From a virus (Duplodnaviria > Heunggongvirae > Uroviricota > Caudoviricetes): 64,000 bases of DNA. The position numbers and the translations under genes were made by a program. The first letter of the stretch is position 1, and each line of letters opens with the position of its first letter. Under the pieces are notes generated by a model, which saw nothing but the letters and a program-made list of their open reading frames with translations, ran no database searches and was not told where the DNA came from. Below are positions 1 through 9,469 of this stretch, one piece after another. The stretch lies in IMG/VR virus record IMGVR_UViG_2526164631_000023; one strand, written 5' to 3'.

Positions 1-170
1 AGTAATCCTGGAAGCCTGCTATCGACTTCTCCCAGCGCAAGCCCTGCCAACAATGCAGTTCTTGCCATATCGCTATGTTTTTTTATCTTCTCGCTCGCCG
101 CCTTTTCATTGGCATAAGCCTCTGGGCGAAGATAAATCATCACTTTCTTACGTTCCTGAGACATGGACAT
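1..170 (-). CDS. parR: ParR-like centromere-binding protein, N-terminal part only (gene runs off the window start)
   Basis: Minus-strand ATG at 170-168 with GAGG 4 nt upstream; translation MSMSQERKKVMIYLRPEAYANEKAASEKIKKHSDMARTALLAGLALGEVDSRLPGLL; ARTALLAGLAL resembles R1 ParR; lies immediately downstream of parM. Confidence 0.55.
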   Translation of the reverse strand, partial: MSMSQERKKVMIYLRPEAYANEKAASEKIKKHSDMARTALLAGLALGEVDSRLPGL

Positions 171-176
171 ACCTCG

Positions 177-1157
177 TTAACCGATTGCTTTCAGGCCATG
201 AACAAGAGCAAGTTGCGGGTCATCCGCCACGAAGAAACGGTCATCACGAATATTAACTTGCTCGCGAATTGCATCTGCCACCAGCGGTGCGCCACCACCG
301 ATCACCATGACATGCGTATATCCTTTAAAGTCGCCAATCACATCAAGAACGCGGGTACGCAGACGGTCAATGCTTGCGGCAATGGCCTTTTTCACATCAC
401 CAATCGCTGATGGGTCATTGATATTGTCGTTCAGATAATCTTCATCGTGGCGGTTAATAATGAGCTGATCAACATTGTAATTTGACGTTTCGGTATTGGC
501 TCTGGCAAGTGCTTGCCTTACTTCCCTGGTAACCAGAGAGACGCCAAGATTCGAATCGCCAAAAACACGGGAAACTGCCGTCATTTGCCCGGCGACCATT
601 GAAACATCAAGGGTAGTTCCACCCAAATCGACGATAAGAACAGAATGGGCAGGGTTCAGATTGTCGCACAGGCCAATTCCTGCCGGAATAGACTCCGGGC
701 GTACCGTAACTTTCTTAATCGTGAACACATTGCCTTTATTCAGCGTGACGGGGCGCATAAGGCTGGCTTTCTTGCGCTCGATGTTATCGAGATTGTATTG
801 CGCGTCGTCGTCGTAAAACTCCGCCAGAGGCAGCGTGACCACAATTTCTACTTCCTGCGGCTCAATGCCACTTGTCAGCAGGGCATGGTGAACAGCCAGG
901 ACGTTAAGCGGGCTGTATTGCCATTCCACGTTATTCGTCGGCAGAACATCTGGCGAGATCAAATCATACGAATACTTTTCGTCGTCAATGACATAGTTAA
1001 ACGGCTTGCCAGCACAAAATGTTGCTGACCATCCGCGCTTAAAGCTGTTAGGGCTGATGTGAGTGCGAGTTTCCCCGTCGTGCTCCCACAGCATTTTGAT
1101 ATTGGTTGAACCATCATCGATAAAAATGCGCATCTTCTTGCTCCACTTCTGAGACAC
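177..1157 (-). CDS. parM: ParM/StbA actin-like plasmid segregation ATPase
   Basis: 326-aa ORF; N-terminus MRIFIDDGSTNIKMLWEHDG...ISPNSFKRGW...WQYS..AVHHALLTSG matches ParM (R1) signature motifs. Confidence 0.85.
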   Translation of the reverse strand: MSQKWSKKMRIFIDDGSTNIKMLWEHDGETRTHISPNSFKRGWSATFCAGKPFNYVIDDEKYSYDLISPDVLPTNNVEWQYSPLNVLAVHHALLTSGIEPQEVEIVVTLPLAEFYDDDAQYNLDNIERKKASLMRPVTLNKGNVFTIKKVTVRPESIPAGIGLCDNLNPAHSVLIVDLGGTTLDVSMVAGQMTAVSRVFGDSNLGVSLVTREVRQALARANTETSNYNVDQLIINRHDEDYLNDNINDPSAIGDVKKAIAASIDRLRTRVLDVIGDFKGYTHVMVIGGGAPLVADAIREQVNIRDDRFFVADDPQLALVHGLKAIG

Positions 1158-1158
1158 A

Positions 1159-1314
1159 TTTGAGAATCAAAATGCAATTTTAAAAGAGAAGCACCCAAAA
1201 ATCCACACCAAAAGAGATAAAAAAGAGTGATTATTGAGTTCATTTTGAGAATATCTTAATCACCCAATGAATGATGGTCTGACAGTGAGATTTATTTGAG
1301 AATGAATTGAGAAT
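1159..1314. repeat. parC-like centromere/promoter iterons (TTGAGAAT at least 4 copies)
   Basis: TTGAGAAT at about 1159, 1245, 1296 and 1307 in the region upstream of parM, divergent from the PAAR-like gene. Confidence 0.4.
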
Positions 1315-1399
1315 ACAAAAATATTCCGAAATTTAACTCTCAGTTTGAATGACGAAATAACAAAGTGATGACAATAGGAGGATAACCAGGAGGTGAAGA

Positions 1400-1684
1400 A
1401 TGAGCGCAATAGCCACCAGCGACACCCTTTGTTCTGGTCACGGAGGATTTCCGCCGCGACTGGTAGCTGAAACTGTTCCCTGGTTCACCGTTAACGGTAA
1501 GCCAATTGTTGTAGATGGTGCCATGTTTCCCAGTCACACTGACGGTAACAGTGCACATCCAGGGGCAGCTGTATCGACGCGAGTATGGTTTTCGATAGGT
1601 GGAAAGGGAGTTGTCTGTGTAGGCGATCCGCTTTCTTGTGGTTCTGTTATCGCCAACGGCGAGGATATTTTTCAGGTTGCATAA
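1400..1684 (+). CDS. PAAR-like (spike-tip) domain protein
   Basis: 94 aa; motifs CSGHGG, VNGKPIVVDG, GDPLSCGSVIANG resemble PAAR/DUF4150 repeats; RBS GGAGGTGAAG upstream. Confidence 0.45.
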   Translation: MSAIATSDTLCSGHGGFPPRLVAETVPWFTVNGKPIVVDGAMFPSHTDGNSAHPGAAVSTRVWFSIGGKGVVCVGDPLSCGSVIANGEDIFQVA

Positions 1685-2487
1685 TGCTTGATTCAATAGG
1701 TGAAGTTAAAGCCTTCAAAATTCTGTCAGATGCCGGTATCTCTACACCAGAATCTATAACCATAAGCCGGGCAGCGTCTGTAAAAGCCTCATCACTCGCC
1801 AGCGCCATACAGGGAATAGTTCACGCCGATAAAACCTATCCTGATTCTGTTTCGGCCTGGACTACTCAATTGCTTGGCTTTTCTGAACAGCTAAATGAGG
1901 CCAGCAAAGCGTCTTCATTACTGGCTGATTCTCTTTCCCCATACACCAAGCCATCAGAGCTGTTACAGATGAAGATTGGCTGGGAATGCTACGTAAAAGG
2001 TAACGAGCTGACCCCCATACCTGCTTTCGCCCTTGTTGAGGGGATGGGGAATGTTTCCATTCCGCAATCTCTAACGGACGCATTGACGGCGCTAAAACTT
2101 GATGCTCTGAAAACCGCCATGAACGCCATTAACGCAAAAATAGAAGCTGCTGGAAGTGCTGGTGGTGATAGCAATGGTGGACAGGGTGGTGCTGGGGGCG
2201 CTCAGGCTCCAGTCATTACTCAGGATGAAATTGAAGCTTTACGGGAAGCAGTGACAGCCGCCGAAGTTTTACTCTCCGAAATTAACTCAGCAAGTGAGAG
2301 TGTCGTAGCCCTTACAGGTCGCATTAAAACGTCAACCACTCAGGCAACCAAAGGTTTAGAGAACGCTGTCGCCATCACGTTAACTGGTTCTCTACTGGAT
2401 GATGCAGTAATGAGTCCGGCAATCAGTTTAATCATGCCACAAGGCGTTATCGATGCGCTCCAAAAGAACACCAAAAAGGAACCATAG
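1684..2487 (+). CDS. hypothetical protein (267 aa), start overlaps the PAAR-like stop (ATAATG)
   Basis: ORF track 1585..2487; in-frame ATG at 1684 coupled to the upstream stop; Ala/Ser/Gly-rich, no recognised motif. Confidence 0.4.
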   Translation: MLDSIGEVKAFKILSDAGISTPESITISRAASVKASSLASAIQGIVHADKTYPDSVSAWTTQLLGFSEQLNEASKASSLLADSLSPYTKPSELLQMKIGWECYVKGNELTPIPAFALVEGMGNVSIPQSLTDALTALKLDALKTAMNAINAKIEAAGSAGGDSNGGQGGAGGAQAPVITQDEIEALREAVTAAEVLLSEINSASESVVALTGRIKTSTTQATKGLENAVAITLTGSLLDDAVMSPAISLIMPQGVIDALQKNTKKEP

Positions 2488-2557
2488 CAACACCACTTAG
2501 GAACACAAAAGGATGCGAATTGGTACATGTTTAACACCAAAAATGAACCTGGAGAGG

Positions 2558-3016
2558 ATGGTTTTGAAAAAGATAATTTTGATTGTAATTGCGCTTTTAG
2601 CCATTTCTGGAATTTACCGAACAACGACGGCAGTTATCGAACACATCAGGTATGTCCGATCGCTTGAAGACTCAAAATCACAACTGGAAAGCACGAACAA
2701 CACGCTTTCTACCGCATTACAGTTAAGTGAGAACGCTCGCTCAGCCATGCTGACCGAAAACGAAAGAATTAAAGCACTGGAAAAGGAGTACCAGCGCAAA
2801 ACAGCAGAACTGAATGCCAACCTAATCAAACAACGAGAGGAAAGCCAGAATGAAATCACTCGCCTTGAAAATGCGTTGCGCCGTGCTGGGATTAACGATG
2901 TGCGTGTGCCTGATGACGTTATCAGGATGCAGCGGGAACGGGCAAAAGCCATCAACCAGCGTGCCAGTGAAAATTACCGTAGAAGCCACCAGCAAGCCGC
3001 AGGCAAATCTGATTGA
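2558..3016 (+). CDS. Rz-like i-spanin (N-terminal TM plus coiled coil)
   Basis: ORF 2513..3016; ATG 2558 follows GGAGAGG; MVLKKIILIVIALLAISGIY TM helix then Q/E/R-rich coiled coil. Confidence 0.5.
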   Translation: MVLKKIILIVIALLAISGIYRTTTAVIEHIRYVRSLEDSKSQLESTNNTLSTALQLSENARSAMLTENERIKALEKEYQRKTAELNANLIKQREESQNEITRLENALRRAGINDVRVPDDVIRMQRERAKAINQRASENYRRSHQQAAGKSD

Positions 3017-3182
3017 TTACTCCCCTTGTTTAGTGCCAGAAGACACGCCAGTGCTGTTAAACAAGTATCCGACATACGCTGAACAGTTATTCAGCACGAT
3101 CGACGAATGCAACCAACGAAACGCACTGAATAACCAAAGAAACAGGGAGATTTGGGAAGGGAAGGGGGATCAAGGCTCCTGA
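2850..3182 (+). CDS. Rz1-like o-spanin lipoprotein, out-of-frame overlap with Rz and extending 166 bp past the Rz stop (alternative start 2871)
   Basis: Signal peptide with lipobox LSGC (MRCAVLGLTMCVCLMTLSGCSG); Pro-rich mature part; overlapped spanin architecture. Confidence 0.45.
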   Translation: MKSLALKMRCAVLGLTMCVCLMTLSGCSGNGQKPSTSVPVKITVEATSKPQANLIDYSPCLVPEDTPVLLNKYPTYAEQLFSTIDECNQRNALNNQRNREIWEGKGDQGS

Positions 3183-3628
3183 AGCCAGATGTCCTGGCTG
3201 TCAGCTTCTTCGAAACCGTGACAGACGTTAAAGTCACTCAAACGATACTGACGCTGACGGCCCCTATTTCGCTCATGCCAATGCATATATCCACCAGCAA
3301 ATGCCAGCGGACAATCGCTATAGTCTATGTAACCAATACCATTCCCCAAACGTGCTTCGCGCGCACCAGCTTTCCAGGACAGTAGAAAAGAGTCACGATC
3401 CGCCAGCATAACAACAAAATCGTCCGGATCTCCGATACAGTGAAGAATACCTGCCTTACATAACTGCTTGAGCGCTTTTGACTGGCTCAGGATGTCTTCT
3501 CCGTAATACTGAAAACAATCATCAACAACAGCGGGATAGCCTGTCGGGGGATTCAGGCTGGTTGGTATAGCTGACGCGATCGCCAGCATTAAGCGATATT
3601 GTGTTTTTGATGGGTTGACGTGACTCAT
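3170..3628 (-). CDS. hypothetical protein (152 aa), second gene of a divergent two-gene operon
   Basis: ORF track; 16-bp gap to the upstream gene; convergent with and overlapping the Rz1 3' end. Confidence 0.4.
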   Translation of the reverse strand: MSHVNPSKTQYRLMLAIASAIPTSLNPPTGYPAVVDDCFQYYGEDILSQSKALKQLCKAGILHCIGDPDDFVVMLADRDSFLLSWKAGAREARLGNGIGYIDYSDCPLAFAGGYMHWHERNRGRQRQYRLSDFNVCHGFEEADSQDIWLQEP

Positions 3629-3644
3629 TTTGTCCCTTGTTTAC

Positions 3645-4037
3645 TCATTGTCGCCATGCATTTTTTAACTCAGGAATATCTGCCATTTCAATTAACTTGC
3701 GAAGTCCAGCACTGACTTTCCCATTGCCAACCATAGCAAGCCAATCTCTTACAGCTTTCGGCATGTAGAGCGTTGCAGTTACCGGCTCTTCAACCCTGGC
3801 AGGACATCCGCATACAGGCCATTTAATTGATTCCATAACTTCGGATGCCGGGGTGAGGGCGGGGACATTGAGTATATCTCTACCAGAAAACTGGATAACG
3901 ATCCGTTCAGCGAGCGAGAGTATCTCACTTTCGGCAAGAATTGATGCCAACTGCGCCTCAACAAGAAAGCGACTTGTTGTGTTCAGAGAGTGGCTCTTAG
4001 CGCCATTTTTATACGAAACAAAGATTCGATACGCCAT
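3645..4037 (-). CDS. hypothetical protein (130 aa)
   Basis: ORF track; TGTGTTAGAAA motif 14 bp upstream of its start codon. Confidence 0.4.
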   Translation of the reverse strand: MAYRIFVSYKNGAKSHSLNTTSRFLVEAQLASILAESEILSLAERIVIQFSGRDILNVPALTPASEVMESIKWPVCGCPARVEEPVTATLYMPKAVRDWLAMVGNGKVSAGLRKLIEMADIPELKNAWRQ

Positions 4038-4050
4038 AACTCTAATGATT

Positions 4051-4061
4051 TGTGTTAGAAA
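4051..4061 (+). promoter_or_regulatory. TGTGTTAGAAA regulatory motif copy followed by TAAAAT
   Basis: ATTTGTGTTAGAAAACTAAAATTAAATCACA between the divergent minus operon and the capsid-like gene. Confidence 0.4.
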
Positions 4062-4195
4062 ACTAAAATTAAATCACATAACAACATGAGTGTTAATATA
4101 TTTTATTTTACTAAACCTATTGACTAAATCACAAAGTAGGTATTGTTAGCCCGTCAAAAGAACCTTCACGCCGCGCCCGAATTTAGGGCTTAACC

Positions 4196-5893
4196 GTGAA
4201 TAAAAACATTCAGCCAGCTCGTGATCGCGAGCGCGAGATTATGAATCGGGCGGCAAGCGTCATGGCTATGACCGTCGATCCGACCACCGATGCAGCAGGC
4301 AACATGATTGCTGACCAGGCAGTAATGATGGAAAACCTGGATAAAGCAATCCAGAAAGTGCCTATGTTTGAAGGCGTAAATCCAGAGGTCGCTCGTCAGA
4401 TCACTGGTGGGTGGGCTATGTCTCTGCATGAGTATAAACGTCAACATGGTCATTACCCGGCAAGTGACATCCTGGCGAACGCACACATGGCTCTTGAGCG
4501 CCTGATGACTGAATGTGCCAGTGATACCCATGAAGGCACGGGTAAGGCAATGTTTGAGTCTGTCGCGCAATCAATGCGTAGCTCTGACGGCGTAATGAAA
4601 GTTGCTCAATATGCTGCTCTAATTCTGCCTGCCTCTCTGGGCGCTGCTACCAGTGATGCCTGTACTTTTGTTCCTTGTGATCGTGACGAGTCAAATATTT
4701 ATGAACTGGTCAACGTAGCAGGCACAAAATTCGGCACCTTCAACCAAGGTGACGAACTGAATATGCAGTCAGCTGGTGTTTATTCTCAAATGAAGCGCCT
4801 GTATGCCCTTTCCACTAAAGGGGATGGCAGCACCAAAACCTTCCAGTTCAACATCCAAAATTTTGAGGGACAATCCTGCCCGCTTCGCGCTGGTTATAAC
4901 AAACTGCTGATCAACCGCAAACCGTCCAAAGTTGACGACGGCGATGGCAACCTTTATTTCAATGCTAAAGACAGCAAAGGTAATGCTTTCTCAGCGACTG
5001 CCAAAGTTGCCTATGACACTGGTGTCATTGACATTACATTTACCCAGGCTCCGCCAGAAGGTACTGAAATTGCTGTTCAGGTCGAAATTAACATCGAGCG
5101 CAATCCAAGCCTGATTCCGGTGATCAACCAGGCTATGCGTAAGTACGAAGTTCGTCCGTCCCAGTACGTACTTGCTTCCGAACACACGGTAATGTCCGCA
5201 TCCGATTTAAGCCGTGAGCACGGCCTTGAATTAGCGGCACTTCAGTTCTCCGCGATGCGCAACTGGATCTCCCATGAAACCGACATCATGCGTCTGCGCA
5301 CCCTGGTATTCCATACCGTTTATGGTCGTGAATTTGATGTGGCTCTGCCGGAAGCTCAAAACTATGAGTCCTGGGTCGGTCTCCTGCGTCACGTAGTAAA
5401 CGCTCTGTCTCAAGAAATGGCAAATCGTACCCTGACAACGGGTATTCGTGGCGGCTTTGCTGGTAGTGACGCCGCGAACTTCCTGCGCTCTCTGCCTCCA
5501 CAGCACTTCCAGATCGCACCAGGTTACGTTCAGTCGCCGTATGTACAGTACATCGGCACCCTGTTTGGCACGATTCGTATTTACGAAGTGCCGCAACCTG
5601 TCTGTGAGCAATTCCAGGCACAGGGATATGACTTCGGGCTGGATGACATCTTCTTCTATGGGCGTGGCGAAGGCATCGGTAAAGCCGGTCTGATTGCTGG
5701 TGATGCAGTCCCAGCAATCCCTTACGTTCACGAAACCAATCCGTCTCTCGTTAACCGTACCACTCTCTGGGGCAGTGCCATCAACGAAGTACATCCTCGC
5801 AACGGTGAAAACTACTTCACCCGCCTGCGTCTGACTCGTGCCAAAGAAGGTGCTATCGACATGCTGACAGGCAAGGTTAACGAAAAAAAGTGA
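4196..5893 (+). CDS. large virion structural protein, possibly major head protein (P1 gp23-like size)
   Basis: 565 aa; position upstream of an Ig-like protein and tail sheath; assignment by size and context only. Confidence 0.35.
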   Translation: MNKNIQPARDREREIMNRAASVMAMTVDPTTDAAGNMIADQAVMMENLDKAIQKVPMFEGVNPEVARQITGGWAMSLHEYKRQHGHYPASDILANAHMALERLMTECASDTHEGTGKAMFESVAQSMRSSDGVMKVAQYAALILPASLGAATSDACTFVPCDRDESNIYELVNVAGTKFGTFNQGDELNMQSAGVYSQMKRLYALSTKGDGSTKTFQFNIQNFEGQSCPLRAGYNKLLINRKPSKVDDGDGNLYFNAKDSKGNAFSATAKVAYDTGVIDITFTQAPPEGTEIAVQVEINIERNPSLIPVINQAMRKYEVRPSQYVLASEHTVMSASDLSREHGLELAALQFSAMRNWISHETDIMRLRTLVFHTVYGREFDVALPEAQNYESWVGLLRHVVNALSQEMANRTLTTGIRGGFAGSDAANFLRSLPPQHFQIAPGYVQSPYVQYIGTLFGTIRIYEVPQPVCEQFQAQGYDFGLDDIFFYGRGEGIGKAGLIAGDAVPAIPYVHETNPSLVNRTTLWGSAINEVHPRNGENYFTRLRLTRAKEGAIDMLTGKVNEKK

Positions 5894-6005
5894 TGGTGGC
5901 GAACGTGTCGGTATCACCAACGTCACTTGACGTAGATGAAGGTGAAACTATCGCCGCGAACACTTCAAAGGCACAGAAAAAACAAAGCAGAAGTAAGGCA
6001 AAAAC

Positions 6006-6026
6006 ACGCCCCTGATTAAGGGGCGT
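6006..6026 (+). terminator. stem-loop terminator after the capsid-like gene
   Basis: ACGCCCCTGATTAAGGGGCGT hairpin. Confidence 0.4.
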
Positions 6027-6038
6027 TCAGGAGAAAAA

Positions 6039-6317
6039 ATGGCAAACATTCAAGTAACTATCACGCCATCTGACGCAACAGACAAATCTTTCACTGTTGA
6101 GTCAGATCACCCTGATATTGTCCGGGTTGATGGCACTACATGTACCGCTCTTAAGGTCGGGCAGGCAGTGCTGACAATCAAAACAAATGACGGCAATAAA
6201 ACCGCACAGTGCACAGTCACTGTTAGGGAGGCACATAAAAGCGTAAGCACCGTCAGTGTTGAACCAACTACGAAAGAAGTTACCGTAGGCGATAACTTCA
6301 CGGTAAGCCAATCCTGA
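6039..6317 (+). CDS. bacterial Ig-like (Big_2-type) domain protein
   Basis: 92 aa; pattern VTITPSDAT...VGQAVLTIKT...TVTV typical of Big_2 fold. Confidence 0.5.
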   Translation: MANIQVTITPSDATDKSFTVESDHPDIVRVDGTTCTALKVGQAVLTIKTNDGNKTAQCTVTVREAHKSVSTVSVEPTTKEVTVGDNFTVSQS

Positions 6318-6384
6318 TCAGAGGCTGCCCATTAACCGTGGGTAGCCTTGCCTCGTTCTCTCGCTTTAGAGGATAAGAACCAGC

Positions 6385-8043
6385 ATGAATAAGATTAGTT
6401 TTTCGGTAGGGCAGGCAGCTGGCGTTGCTGTAATGTCAGTAAATGCTGACGCTACCCTCACCAATACCAGCGGTGGCGCATCCGTCTTTGCTGGGCTTGT
6501 AATATCGCGTCGTGGCGCACCGGGTAAGGTACTGAAAGTTGACGATACGACTTATCAAAGCGTATTAGGTTCACCGATTCACCCTCGCCAGGGCGCGGCA
6601 TTTGAACCATATCGCCACGTGGAGCGTGCAGTAAAAGGCGGCTCTGGATATGTCGTTCGAGTTTGCGCTAAAGACATGAAGGTGCCGGGTATTTCTGTTT
6701 CCGTTGTGGGCAAAGCAAAAGCGGCAAAGGCGAGCAAAGAACTTTCCGTTGAACCTACTGAAACCACAGTAAATCCAGGTGACACATTAAGCGTTGGTGT
6801 TGCTTCAACTGCAACGACTCAATCAGTGACCTTCACACCCAAAGAGACGCCCCAGATTAAAGGTGGAGAGAAGGCATTATTCTTCATCAAAGATGGTGAT
6901 GCATCTCAAAATCGCACGTTATCACTAACTCGCGATGATGAAGAAAGCGAACTCTTTACGCTGACGCTGAAAGAAAAACAAACCGATGGGTCCATTGAGG
7001 TGCTGGAAAGCCACCAAGTGTCTTTCAATCCAGAAGGCACCAACGACATGGGCCAACCAGCATGGATTCCGACACTGCTTGAAAGCCAGTCCTCTCGCAT
7101 TGGTGCCGTACTGGCAGATAATGCAGAAGCATCCGCTGCTCAACTCATTTTTGAGGATGTAGCTTTTGAAGGTGGTACTGATGGAAATCTGTCCGAAATT
7201 AACGCTGCAGACTATCTGGAAGCATTAAAGGTTCTCGAAGCTTCAGAGGTTAATTACACCGCATTGCTGTCATTGGGTTGTTATGACGCATCCGCCTTAG
7301 CCGCAATCAAAAAGCTGGCTGAAGATGTTCGCGTAGACATGTTCTATGACCTGAAGGGCAACCAGACACCTGAAAACGCTATTTCAGAAGCGAAAAGCCA
7401 TAGTTTTGGCGGCTCACATCAACCAAGCCGTTACTACTTCCCGCTCTCCTGCCGAGATACCTTCACTGGGATGAATGTCGTCTATGGCATTAGTTGCGAC
7501 GCATTCGTAGCAAAAGCAAAAGGGGTAGCGCTGGTACCGGATGTTGGTGGTTGGCATTACGCACCGGCAGGTATATCACGCGCGATTATTGATCGACAGA
7601 ACATTGCCCGAATTCCAAATATCGGTGCAGTTGATCGTGAAGCGTTCGTTCTTGCGCGCATTAATCCGGTTTCAGTTGCTGCTGATGGGTCCGTTTACAT
7701 TGACGACTCTTTAACAACTTACAGCAAAAACAACTATCTGCGATTCCAGCATGTGTCTTCCTTGATGAACGCCATCGCCAGAGATTTCTATGAAGTAGCT
7801 CAGGCGATTAAGCACGAACCGGATGGCATTACCAAAGAAACGCTAATGAAAGCAATGACTGAATTGCTTGACCGTTACGTTGCAGCCGGTGCGCTGGTTA
7901 CTCCACGTGACAAGTCCCAGGGTGAAGATCCATACGTTGTTCAGGTTGTCCAAAAGGACATCGATCTGTGGGAAGTGTCCTGGTCTGTTTGTCCGACCGG
8001 TACAGCTCGCCGAATCGTCGGTAAGCCAATTCTGATGCGCTGA
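6385..8043 (+). CDS. contractile tail sheath protein with inserted Ig-like segment
   Basis: 552 aa; C-terminal region (GWHYAPAG...AFVLARINPVSVAADGSVYIDDS) resembles the P2 FI/T4 gp18 sheath family. Confidence 0.55.
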   Translation: MNKISFSVGQAAGVAVMSVNADATLTNTSGGASVFAGLVISRRGAPGKVLKVDDTTYQSVLGSPIHPRQGAAFEPYRHVERAVKGGSGYVVRVCAKDMKVPGISVSVVGKAKAAKASKELSVEPTETTVNPGDTLSVGVASTATTQSVTFTPKETPQIKGGEKALFFIKDGDASQNRTLSLTRDDEESELFTLTLKEKQTDGSIEVLESHQVSFNPEGTNDMGQPAWIPTLLESQSSRIGAVLADNAEASAAQLIFEDVAFEGGTDGNLSEINAADYLEALKVLEASEVNYTALLSLGCYDASALAAIKKLAEDVRVDMFYDLKGNQTPENAISEAKSHSFGGSHQPSRYYFPLSCRDTFTGMNVVYGISCDAFVAKAKGVALVPDVGGWHYAPAGISRAIIDRQNIARIPNIGAVDREAFVLARINPVSVAADGSVYIDDSLTTYSKNNYLRFQHVSSLMNAIARDFYEVAQAIKHEPDGITKETLMKAMTELLDRYVAAGALVTPRDKSQGEDPYVVQVVQKDIDLWEVSWSVCPTGTARRIVGKPILMR

Positions 8044-8080
8044 TTTATAACCCCCGCTAAATGATGCGGGGGAGAGAGGT

Positions 8081-8821
8081 TTGAATATGAAAAATTATAC
8101 TGCTGATCCTTTTATGCGTGCGATTTTCGGTTCTGGCTGCTTTGAAAGCGGTGATAAATCCACGCAGGACAATAATGATAACGCCATGCTGGAAAGCGCA
8201 GGACAGAAAGGAAAGGACACTCAACCAAAGCCCAAAGACGACATTGAAACCGCGATGATGGAAGCGGTTGAATCCCGTGCACAAGGTGATATGCGCAGCC
8301 TGGCAGCTTCCATGCTTGCTGGTTGGGTTGAAGATGGTGATCCGGAGGCTGACTCATTTGATGCATTAGCAATCACTATGGCTGGCCTGGCTGATATCGA
8401 TGAAGACACCGATTTCACCGATGAGCAAATCGATGCTTATAATGATGCACTCGCAGCTCTTGCTGATGCAGCTGTTGCGCTTGGCGCTGATCAGGATGAT
8501 GTAACCGAAATGATCGACGATGAAGATGACTCAGCTGCCGAACGTGTTTATGACGCTCTTTCCGAAAGCGACACCGACATGATGGAAACAGCTATTGCCA
8601 TTTACACCGTTGCTGGTGGTGATAGCGCAATGCTGGAAGCGGTACGTAAAAAAGTGGTTCGTGATGGCAAGGTAACCATCATCCGTAAACGCCCGCGTCC
8701 TCGCCGCATGACGTCATTGCAAAAACAGGCGCTGAAAAAAGCACGCCGCAAAGCACATACATCCGTAGCGAATATCAACCGCAAAAAATCAATGCGCATT
8801 CGCAAAAAACGCGGTTTGTAA
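8081..8821 (+). CDS. highly acidic protein with Arg/Lys-rich C-terminal tail
   Basis: 246 aa; D/E-rich body (DIDEDTDFTDEQIDAYNDALAALADAA...) then RKRPRPRRMTSLQKQALKKARRK. Confidence 0.4.
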   Translation: MNMKNYTADPFMRAIFGSGCFESGDKSTQDNNDNAMLESAGQKGKDTQPKPKDDIETAMMEAVESRAQGDMRSLAASMLAGWVEDGDPEADSFDALAITMAGLADIDEDTDFTDEQIDAYNDALAALADAAVALGADQDDVTEMIDDEDDSAAERVYDALSESDTDMMETAIAIYTVAGGDSAMLEAVRKKVVRDGKVTIIRKRPRPRRMTSLQKQALKKARRKAHTSVANINRKKSMRIRKKRGL

Positions 8822-8870
8822 GTGACATAGGCCGTCTGCAAAGGTGGCCTCTACCTGGGAGAAATAGCGT

Positions 8871-9461
8871 TTGATTTGCGGCGCGATAATGCCTGACGGA
8901 ATAAGTCCGTTAATGAAGGTTTATATCCTCTCTTCAGAGGATATGGTCGTCGGTTATATCGGTGAAGGATCTACCGCAGAACTGTCATCAATGTGGCAAT
9001 CACCATTTGAAAACCAGTCAGTAGGAGGTTTGCTTGGTGGTATTAGCGCTGCGGCTGGCTCTCTTGCAGATACGCTTCAGACCGCAACCGGCGTAACAAC
9101 AAAAACCCTCTTCAACTCAATGCTTGTTTGGGAAGGTCAGCAACCGCCTGAATTTAATCTGGTAATTGATTTCATGGCGACAACGAACGCGCAACTTGAA
9201 GTGAACGCAGCCATTACAGCATTGCTGAAGATGGAATCGCCGGAACTGAACAATGTAGCGCCATTCGGTCGTCGCCCGGAGACAGTAACGTTAAACATAG
9301 GTAGGAACATAGCCCTTACCGACGTTGTTATCAAAAGCGTGAGTTACCAACTGGACGCCCCACGCACACCGGAAGGCTATTTCACTCATAACACGGTAAC
9401 CCTGCAATGCAGCGGAAACACCTCGATTAACCGTAGCAACATATCATCTGTTTTTGTGTAG
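8871..9461 (+). CDS. tail-associated structural protein (start possibly at the internal ATG about 8913)
   Basis: ORF track; position between sheath and tube-like gene. Confidence 0.3.
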   Translation: MICGAIMPDGISPLMKVYILSSEDMVVGYIGEGSTAELSSMWQSPFENQSVGGLLGGISAAAGSLADTLQTATGVTTKTLFNSMLVWEGQQPPEFNLVIDFMATTNAQLEVNAAITALLKMESPELNNVAPFGRRPETVTLNIGRNIALTDVVIKSVSYQLDAPRTPEGYFTHNTVTLQCSGNTSINRSNISSVFV

Positions 9462-9469
9462 GAGTATTT

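Noticed and set aside
53-1028. Plus-strand ORFs 53..256, 75..410, 496..816 and 645..1028
   Set aside because: Antisense to parM/parR, which have strong motif support.
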